A DNA stretch of 64,000 nucleotides. Source: an uncultured virus (IMG/VR IMGVR_UViG_3300037792_000004) (taxonomy: Duplodnaviria > Heunggongvirae > Uroviricota > Caudoviricetes). The notes under the pieces were generated by a model. The model was not told where the DNA came from and did not search any database. It was given only the letters and a program-made list of their open reading frames with translations. Numbering within the stretch: the stretch's first letter is position 1; every line of letters begins with the position of its first letter. Positions 18,765-28,247 of the stretch are shown in pieces. The stretch lies in the IMG/VR virus record IMGVR_UViG_3300037792_000004. One strand, written 5' to 3'. The position numbers were made by a program, and so were the translations under genes.

Positions 18765-20407
18765 TAAAGCCCATCGTTGCGTTGATAGTCCATGCCGCCA
18801 TAATCCGGCTCATCATCTGCATGCCGCGCCTTGTGATCGCGGGCACCGGGTTCTGTCACAGGCGTGTAGTCGTATGAAACCGGAGCTTGCCGGGAGGCGA
18901 AGTAGGCGAGGATCCCAGCCGGTGCGCTGTCGCCGTGCCGATCATTCCCGTCCGCTCCTTTGAACCGCATGTCTTCCGGCACCCGGATAATGCCGTTGAC
19001 GTAGCTGAGCGCCTGGTGGTCTTTCAGAACATCCTCATCCAGCGGAAGCAGGATCGTCCCGTCGCTAAACGCTTCTATGTAGACGGGCGAATTGGCCTGG
19101 TACCAAGAGGCGGTCATATGCACCTCTTGAATGATCTCGCCCCACTTCTGAGCGGCTTTTTCTGCCAGATACTGACCGTTGCCCGTGGCATCCAAAGCGC
19201 CAGCGGCAAGGCGTGGCAGACGGTCTCCGGCGTAAAAGAGAACATCGCGCTGTTGGTCAAACGGGACGTTGCGCAGCTCGATCGCAAAGACCGTGCGCCT
19301 GACCAGGTCCCGGCCGATCTCAAAAAACAGCATGAAGGTCAGATCGCCTTTGCGGGCAAAGTCCACTCCGAAACAATGCGGGCGGGTTGGATCCAGTTTC
19401 CGGACCACCGGGTCTATATGTTTCCGGCACCAATCCAGCTGCTCGGCTTTGCGGATGTGCTCCGGAGCGTTCTTGAAATCATCGTCGCAATCCCAACGCA
19501 GGATTGGAATGCCGGGTTTCATGCAAGCTTCGATCTGGACCCGTGTAAGAGCTGAGCCCTCGGCCTCAGCCGGGATTGCGTCCAGCTCCTGGCGCATCTT
19601 CGATTTGCGCGCGCCATAGGCTTTGCGGATCTTTGCGATCCAAGCTTCCTCGTTCTCCTTGGTGTAGGTCTCGCCATTGCGCATACAGACCCGCTTGAAC
19701 AAACCGTTTTTAATGGCCGTTTCAAAGGGTATGAAATGGAGGCTATAGGGAACTTTCCCGGCCTTGGCTTCCCGGATCAGTTCGTTGAACGGGTTCAAGA
19801 CACCGTTGTGGGTGGAGATGATCCGGATTTTGCCGCCCCAGATCAGAAGGGCGTTGACGCTGTCCAGGACCTCGCGCACGTCCTTATGGAAAGCCGCCTC
19901 ATCAATCACCACCACGCCTTGAAGACCGCGAATGTTCTCCGGGCGGGATGACAGTGCCTCGACCCGGAACCCGGAGCTGAAGCGGATACGAAACGCGGAG
20001 ATTTGGCGGGTCGATCCGTCTTCCTTCTGATCTTCAAAAAGGAACTCTTCAACGTCCGCCAGCTCGCCCGCCACAACCTTTGCAAAGTGCGCAACATAGC
20101 CGATGAACTCACGGCCCTTATCCTTGGTGTCACCGATGTAAAAGACGTTATCGCCGCCAGCTTCCCGGCTCGCGGCTGCAATCAATGTGTCGTCCAGGGC
20201 CTCAGCAAAGGTGATACCGGTGCGCCGGCCCTTTTCGCACAACTTCAAATCCGACTTGTCTTCGAGCCACTCTTTCTGGTGATCCATCAAGATCCCGGCA
20301 GCAAGCGGATCCAGATCTTCCGGAATATCGGAACCGCGCGGCAGCTCGGGCGGAAGCGAGGTCGGGTCGCGGGATAGGACCGGAGTGTTCACTGTGGCTG
20401 CGGTCAT
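18761..20407 (-). CDS. Terminase large subunit (Mu gp28-like)
   Basis: EKGRRTGITF Walker A, VVIDEAAFH Walker B, GVDFAR, DATGNG, HGD nuclease motifs. Confidence 0.95.
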   Translation of the reverse strand: MTAATVNTPVLSRDPTSLPPELPRGSDIPEDLDPLAAGILMDHQKEWLEDKSDLKLCEKGRRTGITFAEALDDTLIAAASREAGGDNVFYIGDTKDKGREFIGYVAHFAKVVAGELADVEEFLFEDQKEDGSTRQISAFRIRFSSGFRVEALSSRPENIRGLQGVVVIDEAAFHKDVREVLDSVNALLIWGGKIRIISTHNGVLNPFNELIREAKAGKVPYSLHFIPFETAIKNGLFKRVCMRNGETYTKENEEAWIAKIRKAYGARKSKMRQELDAIPAEAEGSALTRVQIEACMKPGIPILRWDCDDDFKNAPEHIRKAEQLDWCRKHIDPVVRKLDPTRPHCFGVDFARKGDLTFMLFFEIGRDLVRRTVFAIELRNVPFDQQRDVLFYAGDRLPRLAAGALDATGNGQYLAEKAAQKWGEIIQEVHMTASWYQANSPVYIEAFSDGTILLPLDEDVLKDHQALSYVNGIIRVPEDMRFKGADGNDRHGDSAPAGILAYFASRQAPVSYDYTPVTEPGARDHKARHADDEPDYGGMDYQRNDGLY

Positions 20408-20997
20408 GCCCGCAGCCCCAGGAACTCGCGCCGCAACTGGGCAACGGCATCCTTAGACAGACCTTTGGCCTTGGCCACCTTCTCCAGGGCCGCGTCGGTC
20501 TTCTTGGCAAAGTCTGTCTCAACCTGACTGCGGCGCTTGCTGGAAATGCCCTGGGCAGCGGTCGCCTTATGCAGCGCATTGGCAAGGCTCATGGCTTCCT
20601 TCGGTGCCAAGCCGCTTTCCCCGGCGTCGGTCAGCAATTCAAAGATGAGGGTCTTTAGGGCTTCCGCTGCGATCAAGGTCAGATCGTCGGACGCTTCCGC
20701 ATCAAAGCTCTCGGCGATGCTGGCGGCGATGGTGCGGGTGTCTTCCATGCGCCTGGTCAAATGGGCCTGTTTGATCGCATAGCGGTTGAACGATGAAAAC
20801 GACGGGATCGTGAATTCGAGCTCGCCGCAATACTCTTTTTGCAGACCTTCCAGTTCGCGATAGAAATCCTCATAGATTTCCGTTTGGTTCTTGTCCCGGC
20901 CGCGCAGCTCCCGCGCCGCATCTGCAATGATGTGATCGCACTCGGGCGGGAGTTTCTCGATCGAGGACAAGCGGCCCCGGCCGCGACGGGGAGCCAT
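20404..20997 (-). CDS. Mu gp27-like protein (DUF3486), putative small terminase
   Basis: GRLSSIEKLP N-terminus; GLSKDAVAQLRREFLG C-terminus. Confidence 0.85.
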   Translation of the reverse strand: MAPRRGRGRLSSIEKLPPECDHIIADAARELRGRDKNQTEIYEDFYRELEGLQKEYCGELEFTIPSFSSFNRYAIKQAHLTRRMEDTRTIAASIAESFDAEASDDLTLIAAEALKTLIFELLTDAGESGLAPKEAMSLANALHKATAAQGISSKRRSQVETDFAKKTDAALEKVAKAKGLSKDAVAQLRREFLGLRA

Positions 20998-20999
20998 GG

Positions 21000-21299
21000 T
21001 CAGCTACCGATCGACGGCTTCAGAACACCGTCCAAAAACGCCCGGCGCTCCACATGATCAAGGCCCGGCTGTTTTAACTGAGCAACCAAAACGGTTCCAA
21101 CCTCAAACAAGTCAATCGCGCCCAGCTCGTTCAACTTGCGCAATTGGGTCCGGACATAGTCCCTGCTTTTGGTGTGCCCAAAGGTCTGCAGGAGATGGGC
21201 AACCAGCGTTTCATTCAGGCGGTGGTCGTTCTCATCCGCCAACCCCTTGAGAATGATCAGACGAACGTCCTGTGCAGAGTGTTCGGCGAAATCCATCAC
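21000..21299 (-). CDS. Mu gp26-like winged-helix protein
   Basis: RLIILKGL...SRDYVRTQLRKL...GVLKPS. Confidence 0.8.
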   Translation of the reverse strand: MMDFAEHSAQDVRLIILKGLADENDHRLNETLVAHLLQTFGHTKSRDYVRTQLRKLNELGAIDLFEVGTVLVAQLKQPGLDHVERRAFLDGVLKPSIGS

Positions 21300-21634
21300 T
21301 TGCTCCCTTTATTGAGAAGAAAGTCGTCAATGCGGGTAGCAATGCGGCTAACCGCCGTCACTTCCGCCGACAGTGTCGCGATATCACCGCTCACTTGGCT
21401 GAGCTGAAGGTTCAACGCGTGAAAGTCTTCTCGGGTTGGCTGATTTTTCTGAACAGCCTCCAACTCCGAAACGCGGTTGTGAAGCGATGCGTTCTCCGCT
21501 TCCAGATTGGAGATCTTCACTGCGTTGGCTTTGGAGCCACGGGTTAGCCAGGACGTCGCAAACGCCGCCGCGCCAAAGAGGAAAGCAGCGATGTTAAAGG
21601 CGCTGTCGATTGCCTTGAGATCAATCACGGGCAC
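21296..21634 (-). CDS. Mu gp25-like membrane-anchored coiled-coil protein (DUF2730-like)
   Basis: N-terminal TM, RVSELEAVQKNQPTREDFHAL. Confidence 0.75.
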   Translation of the reverse strand: MPVIDLKAIDSAFNIAAFLFGAAAFATSWLTRGSKANAVKISNLEAENASLHNRVSELEAVQKNQPTREDFHALNLQLSQVSGDIATLSAEVTAVSRIATRIDDFLLNKGSK

Positions 21635-21635
21635 C

Positions 21636-22028
21636 TCACTTGAGCATCTTGATCGCGCCGACAACGGTGCCGGTGTAGAAGAGCCAACGGATCATCTGGC
21701 CGCCCCAGTCTTCGAGAATTGGAACACTGGCAACGCCCCAGCCAAACAGAAACACGCTGTCCAAAATGACGGCGGTCCACCAGAAGCCGAGCGGGAAAAC
21801 AAAGAGACCGGCGAAGATCCAGTAAGGCAACTTGTCGAACTTGGACTTTTGGAGATCCGCCATGATCCGGGTTTCCTGCACGGCCGCCCGAATGGTCTCG
21901 ATCGTCGTTTGCGCCTTGATCCGCTCCCGTTCTGTGCCGATCGCGGCTTTCTGTTCCATGTAGCGCAGGGCCTTGTCGACCATCGGACCGCTAAAGAGCT
22001 TCAATAGGAAAGACAGGAAGACCGTCAT
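21636..22028 (-). CDS. Putative holin / lysis membrane protein
   Basis: Several hydrophobic segments; ATGA-coupled to the endolysin. Confidence 0.65.
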   Translation of the reverse strand: MTVFLSFLLKLFSGPMVDKALRYMEQKAAIGTERERIKAQTTIETIRAAVQETRIMADLQKSKFDKLPYWIFAGLFVFPLGFWWTAVILDSVFLFGWGVASVPILEDWGGQMIRWLFYTGTVVGAIKMLK

Positions 22029-23242
22029 CCGATGTGCCTCCATTCCTTCGCATCATGGAGACGGCGCGCCTTGATCTGCCGGGCGATCATGAACACCGCA
22101 AAGCCGATCGCGGCCAGTGCCAGCCACTTATTGTCGCCGATCAACTGCAGGATCGGATCAACAAGCCCGCTGATCTGCTGAACCATTGCCGAGAACCCTT
22201 TGAGTGTCTCAAGGCCAGAGGCCGCGCCGAGTTCTTCCAGGAGCTTGGCACCGGCACCGGTCACAACGGTACCGGCACCCAGCCCCGTTAGGCGGTCTGC
22301 CTGTTTGATAGTCTGTGATCCTGACTTGCGCAGATCCTTGACGGTCATGGCGTCCCGGTTGCCGCCCGGTTGCGCTGTGATCGGCACGGCGCTTTCAAGT
22401 GCAGCTGCAGTCTTGGGACCAACAACACCATCAGCAGCCAGACCGTTGTCCACCTGAAACGCAACCACTTGCCGCCGCGTTGCCGGTCCGAAATCGCCGT
22501 CCGCCTTAAGGTGATAGCCGAGCGCAATCAAACGATCCTGCAAAGCCTTCACCCGGTAGCCTTCAGAGCCAATTCGAAGATTGCCGGAGCTGACCTCACT
22601 TTTGCCGGAACGGCCACTCAAGCGCTGATAGGCTTGGCGCATAAGGTTGGCATAGTAGGTGACCTGACCAGGCCCATTGTAGCGCCGGGCGATTGCCCGC
22701 CAGTCCTTGTCCCGGATTGCCTGTAACAATCCAACCTTTTCAAGGAAGGTAAGGAACGCCTCAACCTGTGCGGCTTCAGACTGTGCGAGCGATAGAACGA
22801 ATTCTTGAACGCTCGAAAATCCGCACAGCTCGGCATTGAAGCCCATGATCTGCGGCCCGCCATAGGAGGCAGAGCGAAGCCCGGCAGTCTCGTGAAGCCG
22901 GACCATTGCTTCCAGCCGATCCCAGCGCTTGTCAGAACCGGAACCGCCCAGGCCTTTGTAGTTCGCCCGCGACCATCGACGAACCGCCAATCCAAGGCGT
23001 TGCGCCCGGCCGCGCAACTGTTGCGGCAACTCCCGCCAGAAGACGTGTTTCTCGGTCAAGATGATCAAACGGCCAGCATCGTCAAATGGACGGCCCTTGC
23101 TCTCCACCTCAAGGATGGCAAACAGGACTTCCGGCTCGCACTGCATGCGTGCGGCAGCAAGCGTGACGACGCTATCGTCGCTGAACTTTCCGCCACCGCG
23201 TTTCAGACGGGAAATGATATCGGGAGTTTGCTGATTGTTCAC
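22025..23242 (-). CDS. Endolysin: N-acetylmuramidase (DUF3380) plus peptidoglycan-binding domain and C-terminal hydrophobic helices
   Basis: VESKG, SASYGGPQIMGFN, ARRYNGP; DGDFGPAT...DGVVGPKT; start placed at GTG 23242. Confidence 0.92.
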   Translation of the reverse strand: MNNQQTPDIISRLKRGGGKFSDDSVVTLAAARMQCEPEVLFAILEVESKGRPFDDAGRLIILTEKHVFWRELPQQLRGRAQRLGLAVRRWSRANYKGLGGSGSDKRWDRLEAMVRLHETAGLRSASYGGPQIMGFNAELCGFSSVQEFVLSLAQSEAAQVEAFLTFLEKVGLLQAIRDKDWRAIARRYNGPGQVTYYANLMRQAYQRLSGRSGKSEVSSGNLRIGSEGYRVKALQDRLIALGYHLKADGDFGPATRRQVVAFQVDNGLAADGVVGPKTAAALESAVPITAQPGGNRDAMTVKDLRKSGSQTIKQADRLTGLGAGTVVTGAGAKLLEELGAASGLETLKGFSAMVQQISGLVDPILQLIGDNKWLALAAIGFAVFMIARQIKARRLHDAKEWRHIG

Positions 23243-23323
23243 ATCGCACCGCTCTTGTTGGAGAACCGGATGGCAGGTAGTTGCCTGATGTGAAACAAGG
23301 TGCGGGATGTGCCGCAAAATAAG

Positions 23324-23345
23324 ACCGGTGACACATGTCGCCGGT
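23324..23345 (-). promoter_or_regulatory. Putative late-activator site / lysis promoter of prophage A
   Basis: ACCGGTGACACATGTCGCCGGT palindrome, 21 nt upstream of -10-like CACCTT. Confidence 0.75.
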
Positions 23346-23352
23346 AGAGGTT

Positions 23353-23784
23353 TTAGCCGGTTTTGGGGAGGTCAAACAGATCTGGCTGGCGACGGTCCGG
23401 GTCGGCTGACAAGTTGTCGCCAAGACGCCTTTGGACGGTGCGCCGCGATACCCCGCATGTGCGGGCGATCGCGTCATGAGACTTGCCTTCTCTCGCCAGC
23501 TTGTCAATCGTCCTGTGCGTTATGGCGCGCGATGCTGCAGGTCCGAGAGGGATATCAGCGTATATCCCGCGCAACCGGTCGCTGTCTGCACTTCCGAGCG
23601 ATAGTTCCTTGCAAAGGCGTTTTGCTTTGTCATGGCCGATAAGCTTTGAAAGCCAGTGGTCACTGCCCGGCACTGCTGGAAAATTGCACCGTCCACCGCC
23701 CTTTTCATGGGCGATTAACAGCGCGCTTTTCTCGCCAACAATTGCGGCGATTTCCGACAGGATACCGGGCAGATAGGAGGTCAT
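23353..23784 (-). CDS. Mor/C-like late transcription activator
   Basis: LSEIAAIVGEKSALLIAHEKGG N-terminus and C-terminal HTH (IARTCGVSRRTVQRRL); sits just before the lysis genes. Confidence 0.8.
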   Translation of the reverse strand: MTSYLPGILSEIAAIVGEKSALLIAHEKGGGRCNFPAVPGSDHWLSKLIGHDKAKRLCKELSLGSADSDRLRGIYADIPLGPAASRAITHRTIDKLAREGKSHDAIARTCGVSRRTVQRRLGDNLSADPDRRQPDLFDLPKTG

Positions 23785-23787
23785 TCC

Positions 23788-24411
23788 CTAGGCCTTCCGC
23801 ATGCGCCGGTAGTTCTCGCCGAGCTTGTTCATCGCCTTGATCCAGTCGCCGTCGCTGAGCTGGTCCGGTGTTTCCTTGCCACTGACGCAGCGCAGCAGCT
23901 GCTCAAGGGATCCGGACGGGTGTCGGTTCCGTTTCACAAGCTCAGTCCAGATGTGCAGGCAGATCTGGAACCGGTGATCGTTCAATAGGCGGGACCGGTG
24001 TTTGTCGCGTGTGAACAGATCCGGGTTTCCAGTTTCGCGGCGGTACCAGATTTTCAAGGCGTCAATCGCTTTGGCCGCGTCTTCGTCTTTGGACAGAAAG
24101 CGATGATGATCCAGGCCGGTCTGGCGCTTCAGCCAATCAATCATGGCCTTGTCGGACTTCTTGGTGACAACGCCGAGATTGTAGCCAGCGATCCAAATGG
24201 CCTGTAGCTTCTTGCCGAATTTGCCGGTTGCCACCGGTCGGTACTCGGCTGGCACGAGCTTCTGAAGCTCAGAAATGACCGTAAGGCGTTGACCAGCGGT
24301 CATGTCTTTGGAAGACCGGCTTCCCGTGTGCCTTTCCAGAAAAGCCCGGTAGGTGTCATCATCGAAACCGGCTTGGGTTTTCAGGATGTGGATTTTCGCG
24401 ATCGCTGTCAT
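23788..24411 (-). CDS. gemA: GemA/gp16 family protein (DUF1018)
   Basis: IAKIHILKTQAGFDDDTYRAFL...SSKDMT signature. Confidence 0.88.
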   Translation of the reverse strand: MTAIAKIHILKTQAGFDDDTYRAFLERHTGSRSSKDMTAGQRLTVISELQKLVPAEYRPVATGKFGKKLQAIWIAGYNLGVVTKKSDKAMIDWLKRQTGLDHHRFLSKDEDAAKAIDALKIWYRRETGNPDLFTRDKHRSRLLNDHRFQICLHIWTELVKRNRHPSGSLEQLLRCVSGKETPDQLSDGDWIKAMNKLGENYRRMRKA

Positions 24412-24414
24412 GCT

Positions 24415-24666
24415 TCAATCCTTGTAAGGGAGCCTGCCTTGCACCTGCCCACCAACGGCACCGGCATCGCCGAGCGGTTGGTGCTGTGGCTTTTGGGAAG
24501 CGGCTAATTCACGCTTTAAAAGTTCGTTTGTAACGGCCTTTAACTCGGCCTGTTCGGCCATCAATCCGGGCCGAAGCTGGACCCTGCGCGACAATCTGGT
24601 CCGCCGGTCGCGCAGGGTTTGCGTCTCACTCAACTCGTACTCGGACGGTTTTGTGAGGCGGGCCAT
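24415..24666 (-). CDS. Hypothetical protein
   Basis: 83 aa tightly packed in the semi-essential region. Confidence 0.65.
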   Translation of the reverse strand: MARLTKPSEYELSETQTLRDRRTRLSRRVQLRPGLMAEQAELKAVTNELLKRELAASQKPQHQPLGDAGAVGGQVQGRLPYKD

Positions 24667-24667
24667 G

Positions 24668-24919
24668 TCAGGTCGCCTTTGCCTGCTGGTTCAAGAGATC
24701 AGCAAGAGCGGACAAAACCGGCTTGAAACTGATCTGCATCTGCAGGCCGGACGGATGCCACAACTCGTATTTGCCCGGTGCCGACATCATGACCTTGATG
24801 GGTGTTCCATCGACTTCGATTTCGCCGCAATCCGACACCAGTGAAAGACCGGGGAAGTCACCCCGGCGACCGGTTTTGTAGGTGACGTTCTGAGATATCG
24901 TCTGTTGGGAAAGTGCCAT
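24668..24919 (-). CDS. Hypothetical protein
   Basis: 83 aa from MALSQQ, packed between neighbours. Confidence 0.6.
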   Translation of the reverse strand: MALSQQTISQNVTYKTGRRGDFPGLSLVSDCGEIEVDGTPIKVMMSAPGKYELWHPSGLQMQISFKPVLSALADLLNQQAKAT

Positions 24920-24920
24920 C

Positions 24921-25067
24921 TCAAGCCACCTTTTTCGGTTTGGGCGATTCCTTGCCGTGGACTTGGAGAAGATGCGTTGCGAGACCTTTGCCGCCGCGCA
25001 GTTTCTTGCCGCAATCGGGGCACTTGGTTTGTGCCCCGGACCGGCTCCGGTTTTTGCGCGCGGCCAT
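24921..25067 (-). CDS. 48-aa basic protein with a C2H2 zinc-finger pattern
   Basis: CPDC-x12-H-x4-H; fills the gap with 1-nt spacing on both sides. Confidence 0.65.
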   Translation of the reverse strand: MAARKNRSRSGAQTKCPDCGKKLRGGKGLATHLLQVHGKESPKPKKVA

Positions 25068-25068
25068 C

Positions 25069-25728
25069 TCAAGCCGCCTTTGCAATGTCGATGGTGATTG
25101 GCTCCCATTGGTCGGCGGGATCGCTGCGGCGATAGAACCGGACATAGCTTTTGGAGCCCGTGACACGCATGGCATCGCGGATCGCATCCATGCCGCGTTT
25201 CCAGCGGTCATCGTCAAAATCAAAGCGCAGAAGCAACAAGATTTCCGACTTGTTGACCTGACCTTCCTTGTCGGTGTTGAAGGCGCGGGTAACGATGGCG
25301 CGGATCTCCGCACTGCTATCGGCAGCCCAATCATTCAGACACTCGTCTATGAGGGTCTTTGCGATCTGGATTTCCGGCCCGAAGTCGATGAAATCAGACA
25401 CTTGGATCTGGACCTTCAAACAGCCGTCGACGGTCTGGAAAGTGGTATTGCCTTTCTTGCCGCCTTTCCCGGCGCCATATTCTTGCGCCAGCATTGACGT
25501 CAGGCTGAGAAGGTCGGCGTAGGTGTGGTTCCGGAACCTTGAAATCTGGCTGTTTAAGTCCTCGGCAAATCCGATGATCTTGCGCACAGCTTCGTCTTCC
25601 AGCTTGTGCTGCGGCTTGACGTTCTCCACGGGCATAAGGTTGCCCTTGGCATCGCGCATATAGGGGTGGCCGTTGACCATCTCTATACCGGGCTGGATCG
25701 GTGCAACTTCAGTTTGGTTGGTGTCCAT
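25069..25728 (-). CDS. DUF3164 family protein
   Basis: MRDAKGNLMP, GGKKGN, FGPEIQIAKTLIDECL, SKSYVRFY motifs. Confidence 0.88.
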   Translation of the reverse strand: MDTNQTEVAPIQPGIEMVNGHPYMRDAKGNLMPVENVKPQHKLEDEAVRKIIGFAEDLNSQISRFRNHTYADLLSLTSMLAQEYGAGKGGKKGNTTFQTVDGCLKVQIQVSDFIDFGPEIQIAKTLIDECLNDWAADSSAEIRAIVTRAFNTDKEGQVNKSEILLLLRFDFDDDRWKRGMDAIRDAMRVTGSKSYVRFYRRSDPADQWEPITIDIAKAA

Positions 25729-25729
25729 T

Positions 25730-26137
25730 TCAAAAGATCCTCTTGCTGTAGCGGGGCTCTTCGCGAAACGCTGGAGGCCGTTTCAAAGAGCGTTCAAATT
25801 CTGCGAATGCCGGGTCGTTCATGAGATTGGCAGTCACATCGATGGGGCTGCGTTGAGCCCGTCGCACAGCGGAGCCGAGCACGCGGAACTTTCGCGGCTT
25901 CCACTTGTCCTTTGTTTTCGGTGTGTCGGTTTTCTCAGGCGGGATCGCGCAGCTGATATCAGCGTCGATAAGACCCTCTCTCCAGAGGGTGGACAGGATG
26001 TTGTTGTAGGCCAGCTCAACCGCCAGCACAGACCGGTCAAGTTCGGTGGCGATGAACGGGAAATCTTCACCAAGGGTCAGATACCCGATCATCAAGGCCT
26101 GCTGGCGATAGGTGAGCGGTGCAAGTCCTTTGCTCAT
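25730..26137 (-). CDS. Hypothetical protein (possible HTH)
   Basis: 135 aa coupled ORF; IATELDRSVLAV. Confidence 0.6.
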   Translation of the reverse strand: MSKGLAPLTYRQQALMIGYLTLGEDFPFIATELDRSVLAVELAYNNILSTLWREGLIDADISCAIPPEKTDTPKTKDKWKPRKFRVLGSAVRRAQRSPIDVTANLMNDPAFAEFERSLKRPPAFREEPRYSKRIF

Positions 26138-26400
26138 GCCACACCCCCGTCGCTGGATGGAACTGGACGAAGTTTTGCTTTGGGAAACGGAATGACGTTT
26201 TCAGCACTCAGATCCACAACGACACTGTCGGTCGGGAAGGGGATGATGGCGGGCTTGGCCTCCATCCCTTGGGCGCGTTCAGCGGCTTCCAGAAGCCTTT
26301 CACCAAGGCGTTTGGTGAATTCTTGCAACCGATCATGTTCTTGTGTTTGTGCTGCCGTGAAGCACATGTAGCCATATTGGACGAGGTCGGTGCTAAGCAT
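26134..26400 (-). CDS. Hypothetical protein
   Basis: 88 aa coupled ORF. Confidence 0.55.
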   Translation of the reverse strand: MLSTDLVQYGYMCFTAAQTQEHDRLQEFTKRLGERLLEAAERAQGMEAKPAIIPFPTDSVVVDLSAENVIPFPKAKLRPVPSSDGGVA

Positions 26401-26782
26401 CCCTGCCTCCTGTGTTCTTCAAGCGGGAGTGCGGGCAACCATTTCTGCAAGCCCGGTAAAGACGGGTCCGGATGGAGTTGGTGTGCGCGCGCTTTGCAGC
26501 TTGATGTCGGAGGCATTGATCCCGGCCGATATCACCGACAACAGGGCAATTGACGGTTTCGTGCATCAACGCCCCGCGGACCGTTTCCTCTATCTTTCCG
26601 AGGTCGCCACGGTATTTGTTGTTGATCGTGTTGCTGACGGCTGCGCCGGAGTAATTGAGGCGTTCAGCGCAGACGTTCAGCCCTTGGTGTGTTGCAAGTC
26701 GCGCCAGCTCTTCAACCCAATCAGGGACATTGCCGTTCCAGGCGATTTGAGCCTTTTCCAGCATGGTGGGTTTCTGGTTCAT
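26393..26782 (-). CDS. HTH protein with Cys-rich C-terminus
   Basis: AERLNYSGAAVSNTINNKYRGD; CPVVG...C...CRNGCPHS. Confidence 0.75.
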   Translation of the reverse strand: MNQKPTMLEKAQIAWNGNVPDWVEELARLATHQGLNVCAERLNYSGAAVSNTINNKYRGDLGKIEETVRGALMHETVNCPVVGDIGRDQCLRHQAAKRAHTNSIRTRLYRACRNGCPHSRLKNTGGRDA

Positions 26783-27420
26783 GCTGCGCACTCCTCAGCA
26801 ACCGGCTTGCCGAAAATGCGCCCTTTGTTAACGTCATAGACCACCTTTGTTTTCAGGATACGCGGGGCCTCCGGACCGGTGTTCATAGAGGGTTTAAGTC
26901 GCCAAATTGCCGGATTGCGGGAGCGGCTGGCGCGCAGTTCCTGAATGTACCCGGCATTCATCAAGTGTTGGATGTAGGTCGCAGCTGTATGGATACTGAT
27001 AGGCAAGACATCTGTGGCAGCTGAGATCGCCAGATCGTGCTTTGTGAACCGGCTCATGCAGCGCATTGCCGTCCACATATTGGCGTTTTTTTCGCCCTGT
27101 TGCCCGGTCGTGCCATCACGGTTCACGATGGGCGTTTTGGTCGGCCTGCTAAGCAGGCGGTAGACGTTGTGTTTGACGGAACCGCCGCGCTTGGTCGGAG
27201 CGTTGAAAGTGCGCGTCACCTCGACAATCTGCGCCTTGATCAATCGCTGTAGAAAGTCACCGATCGATTTGTCGCGCGGATCGTTGGAACGGCTCGCGAT
27301 CTCGGCGAGCGTGAACTCTGCACTGTCTTTGCCAAGGTCTCGCATCACGCTCCAGTAGTGATCGTGACCGCGATAGACCGGTGTCCCAGGGGTGACTTGC
27401 AATTCGAGTTGGATGGACAT
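26779..27420 (-). CDS. Putative winged-helix DNA-binding protein
   Basis: NMWTAMR...TYIQHLMNAGYI...NTGPEAP...VYDVN; follows B. Confidence 0.7.
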   Translation of the reverse strand: MSIQLELQVTPGTPVYRGHDHYWSVMRDLGKDSAEFTLAEIASRSNDPRDKSIGDFLQRLIKAQIVEVTRTFNAPTKRGGSVKHNVYRLLSRPTKTPIVNRDGTTGQQGEKNANMWTAMRCMSRFTKHDLAISAATDVLPISIHTAATYIQHLMNAGYIQELRASRSRNPAIWRLKPSMNTGPEAPRILKTKVVYDVNKGRIFGKPVAEECAA

Positions 27421-28175
27421 TACGCAGCCCTCCGAACACGGTGCCGACGGGCTTGGCCGGTTGCAAAGAAGCTGTCGTCAAAATGCTCCGCTGATAGTTT
27501 CTTCGTGCCGGTGTTTTGAGCATATGCGAGGATCTGATTGAAGTTGACGACAAGAAGACGCGCTTTGCCACGAGTACGTTCAACCGTCAGGTCGATCAGC
27601 TCGTCGGATACATTGAGGCCAGGGCAGTAAAGATCCGCCAACTTGCGGGCGTCTCCGTGGTCGCAGGCCTCTGCCTGTACCCAACTCAAAACGCGATTGT
27701 GGAACCGTTCAACCTTCTCAAGTTTTTCAGGTAGCAGCTCTTCGCCAATCATCATGATGGGGACTTGGCTGTGTTCGTAGATCTCGCGCACCAGCTCCAA
27801 CATGCCCTTGTCAGCGAGCTTGTCCGCTTCGTCTATGAACAATGGGCGATTGGGATCGTCAGCCAGAACTGCGATAGCCTCTTCAGTGAGGTCTGCGATG
27901 GTGCGTTGACGGGGTTCAATTCCGGCTTCGCGCAAGAGCATTTGCAGGAATTTCTTCTTCGTCCAGCTGTCGCCGACTTCAAGTCTGAGCGCCCGTGTCT
28001 TGTTTTGGGCATAGATCGAGGCCTGTGTTTTCCCGAGGCCGGAATGACCGTGAAAAACCCCGATCCCCGGCAGGCCGATTGGGCGATGTATGAGGGTGTT
28101 GGCCAACGTCAAGAACCTTGCGACGTTCCTAAGGTTGGCCAATCCGCCATTGACACTTGTGCTTCTATTCGTCAT
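27420..28175 (-). CDS. MuB-like AAA+ transposition ATPase
   Basis: GHSGLGKT Walker A, LFIDEAD Walker B; immediately after the transposase. Confidence 0.93.
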   Translation of the reverse strand: MTNRSTSVNGGLANLRNVARFLTLANTLIHRPIGLPGIGVFHGHSGLGKTQASIYAQNKTRALRLEVGDSWTKKKFLQMLLREAGIEPRQRTIADLTEEAIAVLADDPNRPLFIDEADKLADKGMLELVREIYEHSQVPIMMIGEELLPEKLEKVERFHNRVLSWVQAEACDHGDARKLADLYCPGLNVSDELIDLTVERTRGKARLLVVNFNQILAYAQNTGTKKLSAEHFDDSFFATGQARRHRVRRAA

Positions 28176-28207
28176 GGTTTGGGTCCATTAGTTTTGTCTG
28201 ACTTTCT

Positions 28208-28237
28208 CAGCCTCAGAAGTTGCAGCTTCTGAGGCTG
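28208..28237 (-). terminator. Strong hairpin between transposase and ATPase genes
   Basis: CAGCCTCAGAAG-6 nt-CTTCTGAGGCTG perfect 12-bp stem. Confidence 0.5.
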
Positions 28238-28247
28238 TTTCTTTGCC

